Shown: one piece after another, positions 36,901 through 45,248 of the stretch
Position numbering within the stretch: the stretch's first letter is position 1
Layout of the letters: each line of letters opens with the position of its first letter
Virus record (IMG/VR): IMGVR_UViG_3300038829_000042
Location: 1-45,932 of that record
From: a virus
Taxonomy: Duplodnaviria; Caudoviricetes
Strand: one strand, 5' to 3'
Length of the DNA: 45,932 bases
The notes under the pieces: model-generated
Databases searched by the model: none
What the model was told of the DNA's origin: nothing
The model's input: only the letters and a program-made list of their open reading frames with translations
Position numbers and translations under genes: made by a program

Positions 36901-39900
36901 GTCTGCTTTCTTTGATAAGCAAGGGGCCTTGGTTAAAATCAGCAATTCTGGGCAACCAGGGTTTGTGCCTGATCAAAATGCTCTCGATGCAGCGCAAACT
37001 AAAGCAAGGCATCTGGCATCTAGAGGATTAGAGCAATACCAAAAGGTTGTCTATATCAGGTACGGCGATTTGCCGAAAGCGGGACATAGCACTGATTATT
37101 CTACTGGCAAAAAAGAGAAAGGAATTAGCGTCTATGAAGCGGAGCTGGACCCTGCGACCGATCATATTGCGTTCAAAGGCGATGCTCTCCCCGCTGCCAT
37201 TATTCAAAAAACTGCTACCGGTGTGCCATCTTATCTTGTTACAGGGAAACGTGTAGGAACAGGCGCAGATGGCGAGCCGGTTCTAAAAAATGTACAGATT
37301 GTAAAAAGACTGACCCCTCAAGATTTCGGCATTCAGATCCCTAACCCATCCAGCCAGCAACAGGGCGGGCCGTTGTACCAGGGTGACGATACCCCGAAAG
37401 GCTCCATCACGTTCGGTGATCAACAGTCTATCATTAATCTCTTCAACGGGGCGGATCTCTCGACCGCGATCCACGAATCCGGGCACCTCTGGCTCAACGA
37501 ACTGATTGACGACGCGACCATTCAATCATCCAATCAATACGGGTCATTCTTTCATGGCACGACTACAGAAGCATCTCAAGCTATAGAGCGTGAAGGATTT
37601 AAGGTTGCTGGTGGGACTGACCTCACCGGCCCTGCGGTGTTCTTTGGTAAGGAGGGTGATAAGTCTTGGGCGGAAACAGCCACGGCATTTAGCGAAGGCC
37701 CCATTCTGGAGAGGCGCATAGACAAAACGCAACTGGCTGACTTTACGCAATCAGGATTTCAGTACGACTCCCCTGAGGTGGCTGACGCTATTCAGCAAGC
37801 CAAGAAAGCAGGGAAGAAAGGCGCTCTCTTTCCAACTGAAACGGTCATATGGGATACATCGGTTATAGAGACTGGTAAGGAACAGCCTGATAGGAATCAA
37901 CTGACAGACGACCTAGACACCATCTTGAAATGGATGGGTCTGGACGTGACTAGCGCATCCGGCAAAGACGCGATCAAAGCGGCTATCCAGACGAAGCACC
38001 ATGAGCAATTCGCCAGAGGCTTTGAAGCCTACGCGATGGAGGGCAAGAGTCCATCGACGGCCCTCCGTGAAGTCTTCGCCAAGTTCCGCAACTGGTTGAT
38101 TCAGGTCTACCGCACCCTCACGACCAAGCCATTACAGGTCAAGCTCAATGATGATGTGCGAGCGGTTATGGATCGGATGGTAGCGACGGACGACCAGATC
38201 GACCAGGCGGCAGCCGAGGCGGATGTCGTGCCGATGTTTACCGATGCTGAGTCTGCTGGAATGACGCCGAAGCAGTTCGACGCCTACAAAGAGACGGTAG
38301 CCAATGCCTCCACCAAGGCGCGGGAAACCCTGCAAGCGAAGCTGATGAAGCAGCTCGCACGAGAAAAAGAGGAGTGGTGGAAGACGGAACGGGCCGCGAT
38401 GGAGCAGACCGTTACGGCAGAGGTCAACGATCAGAACGAGTACATTGCTTTAGCCGTCTTGCAGACCGGGAAGATGCCGGATGGGTCGGAGATTCCCAAC
38501 GGCATTGAGGCGATGAAGCTGAACCGCAAAGCGATGGAGGAGATTTTTGGGAAGGACTTTATCAAGACGCTCCCGAAGGGGATGACCGATAAAGACGGAA
38601 TGCATCCCGACGTGGCAGCGCCGATCTTTGGCTACCAGACGGGGCAAGAACTCGTGATGGCCGTGGCCAATGCCAGACCGAAAGACAAGCTGATTCAGGC
38701 TGAGACCAATCGGCGCATGCGTGAGGCACACGGCGACTTGCTGACCGATGGCACGATAGCGGAGGAAGCGAAAACGGCGGTGCTCAACGAGCTACAAGAA
38801 AAGGTCGTCCATGCGGAGCTGAAAGCCTTGAACGCCAAGCGGCGGGATGTGGCGAAGTTCGTCAAAGCGGCACAGGACGAAACCAAGGCGGCAGCGAAGG
38901 CGGGACGCGATCTCCTGGCCACCATGACGCCGACGCTTGAACAGGTGCGCGAGACCGCGAGGAAGATCATTGCCAGAACCGCATTGAAGAATGTCAACGC
39001 CAATCAGTACAGCATCATTGCACGGCAGGCGAGCCGGAAGGCGACCAAGGCAGCAGCAAAGGATGACTGGGTGAACGCGGGGCACTTCAAACAGCAAGAA
39101 CTCTTGAACCTCGCGTTGTTCCGTGACGCGCTCCTCTTGCAGGAACAGATTGAGAAGACCAAGGATCTCGCCAAGCGGTACCATAAGACAGATGAGAAGC
39201 TAGCGAAGTCTCGCAATGTGGATCTCGTGAATGTCGGTCGGGCTATTCTGGCCCAGTACGGACTTGGACCGGATACCGACAAGACGGCGGCACAGTACCT
39301 TGAAGCAATCCAGACCTATGACGAGGACCTGTACAAGCAGTGGAAGCCAGTCGTTGATGAGATTGCTCCTCGGCCCTTGCCCTATACCGCGCTCACGGTT
39401 GATGAGTTTGTCCGGCTCTCCTCTGACCTCGACTCTCTGTGGACGCTTTCCAGGCGGGTGCAGCAAACGAAGATCGACGGGCAGATGGTGGACCGGCAGG
39501 ACATCATTGACCAGCTCAACGCACGGCTGGATACGTTGACGCCTCAAGAGAAGAAGCAGGTGTTAGGCGATCTGTCGGCTTCTGAGGATGCCAAGGTGGG
39601 GCTGATGAGCTGGGTGTCGGCCTTGCGGCGGGTCGAATCATGGGTGGATGCGATGGACGGCGGCGATCATGGGGGCGTGTTTCGTAAGTACATCTGGAAT
39701 CCGATCAGTGACGCGGCGGTGACGTTCCGCTCTGAGAAGGCGACAGTGATGCAGCGGTATATGGAACTCATGAAGCCGATTGACAAGACGATGACACATG
39801 AGATGATCCCGGCTCCCGAGTTGGGACAAGGCTACCAGTTCCGGGGGAAACCGGCCTTACTCCATGCGATCCTGCACACCGGCAACGCGAGCAACCTGGA

Positions 39901-41611
39901 CAAGCTGATTCGTGGGTACGGCTGGACGGCGGACCAATGGACGGCCTTCGTGGACCGGGCGCAACGGGATGGCACGCTGACCAAGGCTGATTACGACTAT
40001 GCGCAAGGGGTTTGGGACTTACTGGACTCGATTAAGCCAGAGGCGCAAAAAGCGCATCATGACATGTACGGCTATTACTTCAACGAAATTACCGCCTCCC
40101 CGATTCAGACCCAGTGGGGCGAATACAAGGGCGGGTATGTGCCGGCGATTGCCGACGCGGCGAAGTCGGTTGACCAGGCGATACGGCAAGAAAAGGATTT
40201 GTTTGATCAGGCGGGGAACTCCTTTATGTTCCCCACGACGGGGCGAGGTTTCACGAAGGGACGGGTGGAGAAGTACGCCGCTCCTTTGGCGTTGAACCTG
40301 CGCACTATCCCGATACACCTGGATAAGGTCATGCGGTTTGTCCACCTAGAACCGAGGGTGAAGGATGCGGCGAGACTCGTGACGAACAAAGCCTTTCGGA
40401 ATTCGTTGGATGCCTACGATGCCACAGCGGCAAAGGATATGCTAGTCCCATGGCTGCAACGGGCGGCACAGCAAACCGTCTCTACGCCAGGAAAGAACCG
40501 CCACGCGGACCGACTCTTCCGATACCTTCGCAATTCAGTCGGCTCTCAGATCATGGTCGCGAACGTGGTGAACACACTCCAACAGTTCACCGGATTTTCC
40601 TTGTCGCTGACGAAGGTCAAAGCCAAGCACCTGCGGCATGGGTTGTATCGGTATCTCAGTGGGCCGGGGTCGATGGCGGAGGACATCCACGCCAAGTCGA
40701 AGTTCATGGCGCAGCGGACGACGACGCAAGTGATGGAGATTCAGGCCACGATTGACGATATTACCTTGAACCCCACGAAGTATGAAAAAGCGGTGAACTT
40801 CTCGAAGCGGCACGGCTACTTCATGCAGCAAGGGACGCAGAACATTGTTGACCTCATCACCTGGTCCGGGGCGTATGACCAAGCCGTGATGAAGGGCGAG
40901 ACCGAACAGGACGCGGTACGCCAAGCGGACTCAGCGGTACGGGAAACGCAAGGCTCCTTTGATCCCGAATCCATCTCGGCCTTTGAAGCGGGCACACCGT
41001 TTACTCGGGCCTTTACCATGTTCTATTCGTACTTCAATATGCAGGCGAATCTCTTAGGGACGGAGTTTCAAAAGGTGGCACGGGATATGGGGGTACGGAA
41101 GGGGGCTGGGCGTGCGTTCTACCTCTACTTCGTGGGCTTTATGATCCCGGCAGTCCTGGCGGAAATCATCGTGAAAGCCTCGGGCGGGTTCGATGCCGAC
41201 GACGAGGATGAATACCTGAACGAAGCCTTGTCCGTCTACTTCATGTCGCAGATTCGGACCTCCTTCGCCATGGTGCCAGGGGTGGGCCCTATGGCCTTGG
41301 CAGGGGTGAACATGCTCAACAATAAATGGTACGACGACCGTATCGCCACCTCGCCGGTTGTCTCGATGTTGGAAAGCGCGGTGCGTGCGCCGATCTCGGT
41401 GTATGAGGCGATGGCTGAGGACAAGCACAGCAAGCGAGCGGTGAAGGATTTCTTGACGTTGCTGGGCCTGACCACCGGCCTACCAGCCAGTGCCCTCGGG
41501 AGACCCCTAGGCTATATGGCGGATGTTTATGACGGGGTGGCGAAACCGGAGGACGCGGTAGACGTGGGGCGTGGGTTACTCAGTGGGAAAGATGTGAATC
41601 GCAAACAATAA
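33950..41611 (+). CDS. giant internal virion (ejection) protein, polyvalent, with ART-like and metallopeptidase-like modules
   Basis: 2553 aa; ADLSTAIHESGH...HEQFARGFEAY; FFHGT..EGF...GPAVFF insert; YKGGYVPA, FTMFYSYFN in C-terminal core. Confidence 0.85.
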   Translation: MSLEDSLAAFADAEEAAPSSSYGMRQDGTAKGDGFYGPLPSKDPRYPRGTVSTELSADMDVDGKNIHFPLLVPGLSRAEIDSLLAGDKPSDAIYDKALSHAQKRIAGGMSPFAGNAERVALPSNSASLESSLSLWADQEEKDSLKASSSIGLQKDTSKSTKILQLFGRTGLPKEFIERNQDFVEQESIKKDFDPDRLMKESPAFAGWLAEHPDHVAAAKNDVSKLSYIERQIRFIGGSEDAGQLMDELVDLGGKAFNDQITPQERKRQAEIEQKLQDIGRANEGLDLDGFSEIPGAVVEQFPNLVRGLKGKIEYAAKGLVAGTAAGAIVGSPGGPPGTAAGAIGGGVAGGLVGLRWGAAVSAGEVERNAAYIDYEKLKDEQGNPLDKTTIKGLALMAGAVNGAVEGLTGMEALIDKLPGVKHLARKGVKELLKTPTARGAILGMAKQVGITSIQEGATEVFQMYVTKTGGELAKWAKDGGSPVEVLGRIFSAENAAQSIQEFKKGVQSSVGTSTVLTTPNLVQDLRQVKRANETKKAFEAVGKVAESAEFAKNLPDSLKTIIERSVSDGPIESLYVPADTFNTYFQGKGVDPRDVYAEITGNPEAYDQAIQTGQPLPIKTADYASKLAGTEHNAFFANELKTDLDAMNAREAAEWMEQQDKILEAQTAQDGAQVQSATDPLVKIQNDISEQLRAAGYNPDAIGPFAEYFAQRYQARAARRGMGEDPAELFKAQNLTIQRELPDVLRKLHSKTSELDALLNRLRTGDAPRAQDIYGPSLADFLREKGGVQDQGGELKARDVDGSRKAFQKKLTRKDGLTLDDAAELAAEAGYLEDRNINALLDALDKDTRGTPVYAQGRENAALLDVQMNLDAMKDFLKARSIDLATTTNEQIKALFTQAAQQSLPMEGQTFTQTPPEPGRKYTFISRAQEYAERDIYGIDRPGILSIEIGDKSRWIVPDSTDGPIIRINNIPGTVDGNAAASQGSAFFDKQGALVKISNSGQPGFVPDQNALDAAQTKARHLASRGLEQYQKVVYIRYGDLPKAGHSTDYSTGKKEKGISVYEAELDPATDHIAFKGDALPAAIIQKTATGVPSYLVTGKRVGTGADGEPVLKNVQIVKRLTPQDFGIQIPNPSSQQQGGPLYQGDDTPKGSITFGDQQSIINLFNGADLSTAIHESGHLWLNELIDDATIQSSNQYGSFFHGTTTEASQAIEREGFKVAGGTDLTGPAVFFGKEGDKSWAETATAFSEGPILERRIDKTQLADFTQSGFQYDSPEVADAIQQAKKAGKKGALFPTETVIWDTSVIETGKEQPDRNQLTDDLDTILKWMGLDVTSASGKDAIKAAIQTKHHEQFARGFEAYAMEGKSPSTALREVFAKFRNWLIQVYRTLTTKPLQVKLNDDVRAVMDRMVATDDQIDQAAAEADVVPMFTDAESAGMTPKQFDAYKETVANASTKARETLQAKLMKQLAREKEEWWKTERAAMEQTVTAEVNDQNEYIALAVLQTGKMPDGSEIPNGIEAMKLNRKAMEEIFGKDFIKTLPKGMTDKDGMHPDVAAPIFGYQTGQELVMAVANARPKDKLIQAETNRRMREAHGDLLTDGTIAEEAKTAVLNELQEKVVHAELKALNAKRRDVAKFVKAAQDETKAAAKAGRDLLATMTPTLEQVRETARKIIARTALKNVNANQYSIIARQASRKATKAAAKDDWVNAGHFKQQELLNLALFRDALLLQEQIEKTKDLAKRYHKTDEKLAKSRNVDLVNVGRAILAQYGLGPDTDKTAAQYLEAIQTYDEDLYKQWKPVVDEIAPRPLPYTALTVDEFVRLSSDLDSLWTLSRRVQQTKIDGQMVDRQDIIDQLNARLDTLTPQEKKQVLGDLSASEDAKVGLMSWVSALRRVESWVDAMDGGDHGGVFRKYIWNPISDAAVTFRSEKATVMQRYMELMKPIDKTMTHEMIPAPELGQGYQFRGKPALLHAILHTGNASNLDKLIRGYGWTADQWTAFVDRAQRDGTLTKADYDYAQGVWDLLDSIKPEAQKAHHDMYGYYFNEITASPIQTQWGEYKGGYVPAIADAAKSVDQAIRQEKDLFDQAGNSFMFPTTGRGFTKGRVEKYAAPLALNLRTIPIHLDKVMRFVHLEPRVKDAARLVTNKAFRNSLDAYDATAAKDMLVPWLQRAAQQTVSTPGKNRHADRLFRYLRNSVGSQIMVANVVNTLQQFTGFSLSLTKVKAKHLRHGLYRYLSGPGSMAEDIHAKSKFMAQRTTTQVMEIQATIDDITLNPTKYEKAVNFSKRHGYFMQQGTQNIVDLITWSGAYDQAVMKGETEQDAVRQADSAVRETQGSFDPESISAFEAGTPFTRAFTMFYSYFNMQANLLGTEFQKVARDMGVRKGAGRAFYLYFVGFMIPAVLAEIIVKASGGFDADDEDEYLNEALSVYFMSQIRTSFAMVPGVGPMALAGVNMLNNKWYDDRIATSPVVSMLESAVRAPISVYEAMAEDKHSKRAVKDFLTLLGLTTGLPASALGRPLGYMADVYDGVAKPEDAVDVGRGLLSGKDVNRKQ

Positions 41612-41620
41612 GGGGGCGCT

Positions 41621-42883
41621 ATGAAATTGAAAGAAGTGCTGATTTGGCTCTGTGTGTTAGTGGGGGTGGTGGGTGTCGGGGTGGTGGCGGTGCATGCGGT
41701 GGTCACGACCACAACTCCACGGAACGACTACACCGGGACGGGGGCCACGGCGACCTATAGCTATACCTTTCGCATCTTCGACGTGACGGATCTGCTTGTG
41801 ATTCAAACCGATGTAGCGGGGAATGTGAGCACACTCACGTATCCGACCAGCTACACCGTGACCGGGGTGAACAAGGCGGCTGGTGGCACGATTACCTTAA
41901 CGGCTGGGGTGCTTGGATCTGGCGAACAGCTTGCCATTAAATTCAACAGAACGCCTCGCCAATCCACCGATTTGCGCAATCAAGGCTCGTTTCTCCCGGA
42001 GACCCACGAAAGCAAATTTGATGAGCTGACGCGGTATATCCAAGCCCTCGAAGAGAAGGTATCTCGCTCGCTCAAACAGCCAGACCAGGAAACCGGGACA
42101 GCCTCAAGCGCAACCCTCCCGGCTGCGGCAGATCGGGCGAGTATGTTTATGGCCTGGGACGGGTCTGGAAATCCCATCGCGGCGGCTGGCACGTCCGCCA
42201 GTCTGACGCCCGTTTCTGTCTTTATCAACACGCTCCTGGATGCTGCGAGTGCCTCAGCAGCCAGAACCACGCTGGACGCGAGCAAGACTGAACCGCTTGA
42301 TTCAGCCTTCCGCATCCAAGGATCTGCCGACTCGACCAAAAAAGTCGCGCTCGAAGTGGATGGGCTGACAACGGGCACGACCAGAACCGTTACGGTGCCC
42401 GATAAAGATGTCACGCTCGGGACTACGCCGATGACGCCAGTGGCCACCACCTCAGCGACCTCCCATGATATCACCGGCATCCCGGAAGGAGTCAGAGTGA
42501 TCATCGTGACGCTCGTGGGCGTGTCTACGAGCGGAACCGCGAATCTCGTGATACAGATCGGGGATTCTGGAGGGATTGAAAACTCTAGTTACGCGAGTAG
42601 CGTGAGTGAAATCGGCGCGGCGGCTTCAGCTACAACGTCCTCATTTCTCGTGACCAATGCTATTACAGCGGCGACACTGGTGACTGGTTCGATTACGCTG
42701 ACCTTGCACGACTCGTCAACTAATACCTGGATTGCAGCCGGGACCTTCATTGAGGAAACCGGATCAGTCATTGTGATGGCAGGGAGAAAGGCCACGAGTG
42801 CCACGCTGGATCGTATCCGCCTAACTACTACAGGGTCCGATACGTTCGACGCTGGCGCGATCAATGTCGCCTATCAATACTAG
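41621..42883 (+). CDS. tail fibre protein (T7 gp17-type N-terminal attachment domain) preceded by a signal-peptide-like segment
   Basis: RNDYTGTGATATYSYTFRIF...QSTDLRNQGSFLPETHESKFDELT; DSTKKVALEVDGLTTGTTRT; C-terminal TSHDITGIP...LDRIRLTT...FDAGAINV. Confidence 0.85.
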   Translation: MKLKEVLIWLCVLVGVVGVGVVAVHAVVTTTTPRNDYTGTGATATYSYTFRIFDVTDLLVIQTDVAGNVSTLTYPTSYTVTGVNKAAGGTITLTAGVLGSGEQLAIKFNRTPRQSTDLRNQGSFLPETHESKFDELTRYIQALEEKVSRSLKQPDQETGTASSATLPAAADRASMFMAWDGSGNPIAAAGTSASLTPVSVFINTLLDAASASAARTTLDASKTEPLDSAFRIQGSADSTKKVALEVDGLTTGTTRTVTVPDKDVTLGTTPMTPVATTSATSHDITGIPEGVRVIIVTLVGVSTSGTANLVIQIGDSGGIENSSYASSVSEIGAAASATTSSFLVTNAITAATLVTGSITLTLHDSSTNTWIAAGTFIEETGSVIVMAGRKATSATLDRIRLTTTGSDTFDAGAINVAYQY

Positions 42884-43305
42884 AAGGCATAGCCAACCTG
42901 TAACCCTACAAGATCCAGCCCGATATTGGTCGGGCTGGTTCCTTCCCCGTTACTCAGGTGGGTATACTCAAGATTGAGATGCACGCGCTGATAGCTCACC
43001 ATGAGCGCCAGCCCGACCTCAAACCTGCCGATCTGACGATGCCCGTAGGGGTGATGCTGATTGAAATAGCTCAACCCTACTTGCGGCTGGACGGTTAGCT
43101 CAATGTCTTTGGATGGGCTCCACGTCATCCCGTAATGAACTCCTCCGCTGGCCCACGGCGCGGCACTGACCTTCCCATGCAGGCCCAACCCCGTCTTACA
43201 GGTCTGGGCTTGCACGTAGGGGGCATCGCTATTTTGGCTCACGTGCCACGCCGTATGGATGGTCACTGAGTACCCGACTAGCAGTAGGGGGATAAGGCAA
43301 ACCAT
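42880..43305 (-). CDS. PagL-like lipid A 3-O-deacylase (outer-membrane beta-barrel)
   Basis: Amphipathic strands; C-terminal YTHLSNG...NIGLD...GYAF with HxSN motif and terminal Phe. Confidence 0.65.
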   Translation of the reverse strand: MVCLIPLLLVGYSVTIHTAWHVSQNSDAPYVQAQTCKTGLGLHGKVSAAPWASGGVHYGMTWSPSKDIELTVQPQVGLSYFNQHHPYGHRQIGRFEVGLALMVSYQRVHLNLEYTHLSNGEGTSPTNIGLDLVGLQVGYAF

Positions 43306-43564
43306 GATTCTCTCCTTGTGTGGGTGTGGACCTCTCTAGGTGGTAGTGCTGAATGCCTGGGGTAATCTCTGTCGCGCTACCCTTAATCTCGCCATAATAT
43401 TGCTTGTGCCCCGGGATAATCTCGACGCTGGTGGAGTGTCCGCCGTAGTGCGTCACGCCTGGGATGATCTCCACGGCGGTTTCCGCGAAGCAGAGCGATG
43501 GCACGATGAACACGCTCACGAGTAGCAGCCTCCTGATCAGTGCGTCATAGTATCGTGTCCGCAT
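43229..43564 (-). CDS. small exported protein with three EI(I/T)PG repeats
   Basis: SD GAGGAGG on minus strand; RRLLLVSVFIVPSLCFA|E; VEIIPG, VEIIPG, TEITPG. Confidence 0.6.
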   Translation of the reverse strand: MRTRYYDALIRRLLLVSVFIVPSLCFAETAVEIIPGVTHYGGHSTSVEIIPGHKQYYGEIKGSATEITPGIQHYHLERSTPTQGENHGLPYPPTASRVLSDHPYGVAREPK

Positions 43565-43635
43565 GTCGTCCTCCTCGTTGATTGTTGTTCACCCTACTAT
43601 TCATATGGTAGTATGTTTAAACACGAAGAAACATT

Positions 43636-44073
43636 ATGGATAGCTTCGACGCTGTAGATTCTCATTTTACTCCTGCCTCTACAGATCTTTCTGATGCTGG
43701 TGAATTTCTCTACCTCATAGATCCTATCACAAAGCGTGCTGTCCCGCCTCGGTATGTTCCTCCCAAGCTCCCGCCACCAGCATCCCAACAAGGAGAAAGC
43801 CCAGACCCATCCCCGCGTGTTCATAACCGCAGAAAGATCGATAGAGAAGACGTACTCGCACTCCTCGCTGAGGACCAGGATAATCGCTGCTACTACTGTT
43901 GCCGATCACTGATCGGCGTACAGGCGCATATAGACCATAAAGAACCACTGAGCAAGGGTGGAGCCGACTCCATCGAGAATTATTGCCTGGCATGCGTGAA
44001 ATGCAACACCATGAAGGCTGTGCATTCCGTAGAAACATTCGCGTTGCGTCTTCTGCAATTCGCAAACTATTAG
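43636..44073 (+). CDS. HNH endonuclease
   Basis: QDNRCYYC...HIDHKEPLSKGG...NYCLACVKCNTMK. Confidence 0.85.
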   Translation: MDSFDAVDSHFTPASTDLSDAGEFLYLIDPITKRAVPPRYVPPKLPPPASQQGESPDPSPRVHNRRKIDREDVLALLAEDQDNRCYYCCRSLIGVQAHIDHKEPLSKGGADSIENYCLACVKCNTMKAVHSVETFALRLLQFANY

Positions 44074-44160
44074 AATCGTTAAATAATATGACACTGACAA
44101 AAGTGCTACACAATATAACTATGCATTTTCATTGAGTATGCACACGTAGCACTTAAAAGT

Positions 44161-44177
44161 TGTGGCAAATTGTCACA
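44161..44177. promoter_or_regulatory. imperfect palindrome, candidate enhancer/operator
   Basis: TGTGGCAAATTGTCACA, about 60 nt upstream of the sigma54 box. Confidence 0.45.
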
Positions 44178-44237
44178 CTTTTTTAAGTTTCCCGCGTTCC
44201 GTCATCTCTAAACCCCAATGTTTCGCAACATTTCCTC

Positions 44238-44254
44238 TTGGCATGCGCCTTGCT
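44238..44254 (+). promoter_or_regulatory. sigma54 (-24/-12) promoter
   Basis: TTGGCATGCGCCTTGCT matches YTGGCACG-N4-TTGCW with one mismatch and exact spacing, in an intergenic region at the head of the early operon. Confidence 0.7.
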
Positions 44255-44290
44255 GTATCACTAGGCATGAACGCGAAAGGGGGTGATGAG

Positions 44291-44503
44291 ATGACCTACG
44301 ATGAGCATTTAGCATTTCTGATAAGGCAAGAGCGAGGGGCGAGGGCCGAGCGGCAAGGATTCCTTGATGCCAAGTCTTTTCCTCAGTGGACGAAGCCGGT
44401 GAACTTTACGAAGGACGAGAAAGAACAGCGACGCTACAACCTTGGATGGGAGAACGGCAAGACCATGCTGAAGGTGGAGAACGCTGAGGAGTATCACCTA
44501 TGA
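44291..44503 (+). CDS. hypothetical early protein
   Basis: SD AAAGGGGGTGA before ATG 44291. Confidence 0.65.
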   Translation: MTYDEHLAFLIRQERGARAERQGFLDAKSFPQWTKPVNFTKDEKEQRRYNLGWENGKTMLKVENAEEYHL

Positions 44504-44685
44504 TCTGTCCCTATTGCCAGCTTCGACCGATTGAATTGACGTTGTGTGACCATGACGGGACCTACTCCATGTGTTGTGTCTGCTCGATGCAATGGGGTAC
44601 GAAGGCGAACGCCTTTCAGGCACGGGCAGAGGTGCGAGCGATGGAATGGTGGTTTAGTCTTCCAGATGCCCAGGAGGTGCGGTGA
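44500..44685 (+). CDS. Zn-ribbon hypothetical protein
   Basis: MICPYC...CCVC; ATGA coupling. Confidence 0.6.
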   Translation: MICPYCQLRPIELTLCDHDGTYSMCCVCSMQWGTKANAFQARAEVRAMEWWFSLPDAQEVR

Positions 44686-44843
44686 TGTCACTGCCTGATT
44701 ATCTGCTTGATGAGGATTCATGGGAAGTCTGCTCCTGTGGCAACTGGGCGCGGATCGGTAAGCGAACGTGTTACGAGTGCGATGCGGATTTTAAAGATCT
44801 CTACGCCGACATGAAAATACAGGACGCCAAGGAGGGCAAGTGA
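44685..44843 (+). CDS. Zn-ribbon microprotein (52 aa)
   Basis: SD AGGAGGTG, TGATG overlap; MSLPDYLLD...CSCG...CYEC. Confidence 0.55.
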   Translation: MSLPDYLLDEDSWEVCSCGNWARIGKRTCYECDADFKDLYADMKIQDAKEGK

Positions 44844-45184
44844 AAACTATATCGTGGACATGGTACGGGCATGCCGGGCATCTTTGTGTGGCCAGCTCGT
44901 GCAGATTCCATCTATGTACGAAGGTAGGTAAGTACCTCATTTCAACGGTTGGAGATTACTACATCGAAGATGCACGCAAGACGATAGGGAGCGGTGAAGA
45001 TGATTTCTTTGAGACGTATGTGTTCCGCACGCTACGCGGGAGTAGTTGCACGGACAAGGCTTGCGGGTTTAGGCTGCCAGAGATAGATCTGGGAAACATT
45101 GAAGGTATACGCTGCGCGACAGCCGGAGAAGCGGCTAAGACGCATATGAACATGTGCAGGAAGTACGAACGGATGAAATCATGA
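44840..45184 (+). CDS. hypothetical protein
   Basis: GHAGHLCVASSCRFHLCT...YLISTVG...FETYVF. Confidence 0.7.
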   Translation: MKTISWTWYGHAGHLCVASSCRFHLCTKVGKYLISTVGDYYIEDARKTIGSGEDDFFETYVFRTLRGSSCTDKACGFRLPEIDLGNIEGIRCATAGEAAKTHMNMCRKYERMKS

Positions 45185-45248
45185 TGGATCTTGCGTTTAT
45201 GGTGTTATCGGTCGCGGTCGCGGTGATGGATCATATCTGGGGGAAATC

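Noticed and set aside
41621-44073. Diversity-generating retroelement, expected by analogy with BPP-1
   Set aside because: No reverse transcriptase ORF and no TR/VR repeat pair seen near the tail fibre or elsewhere
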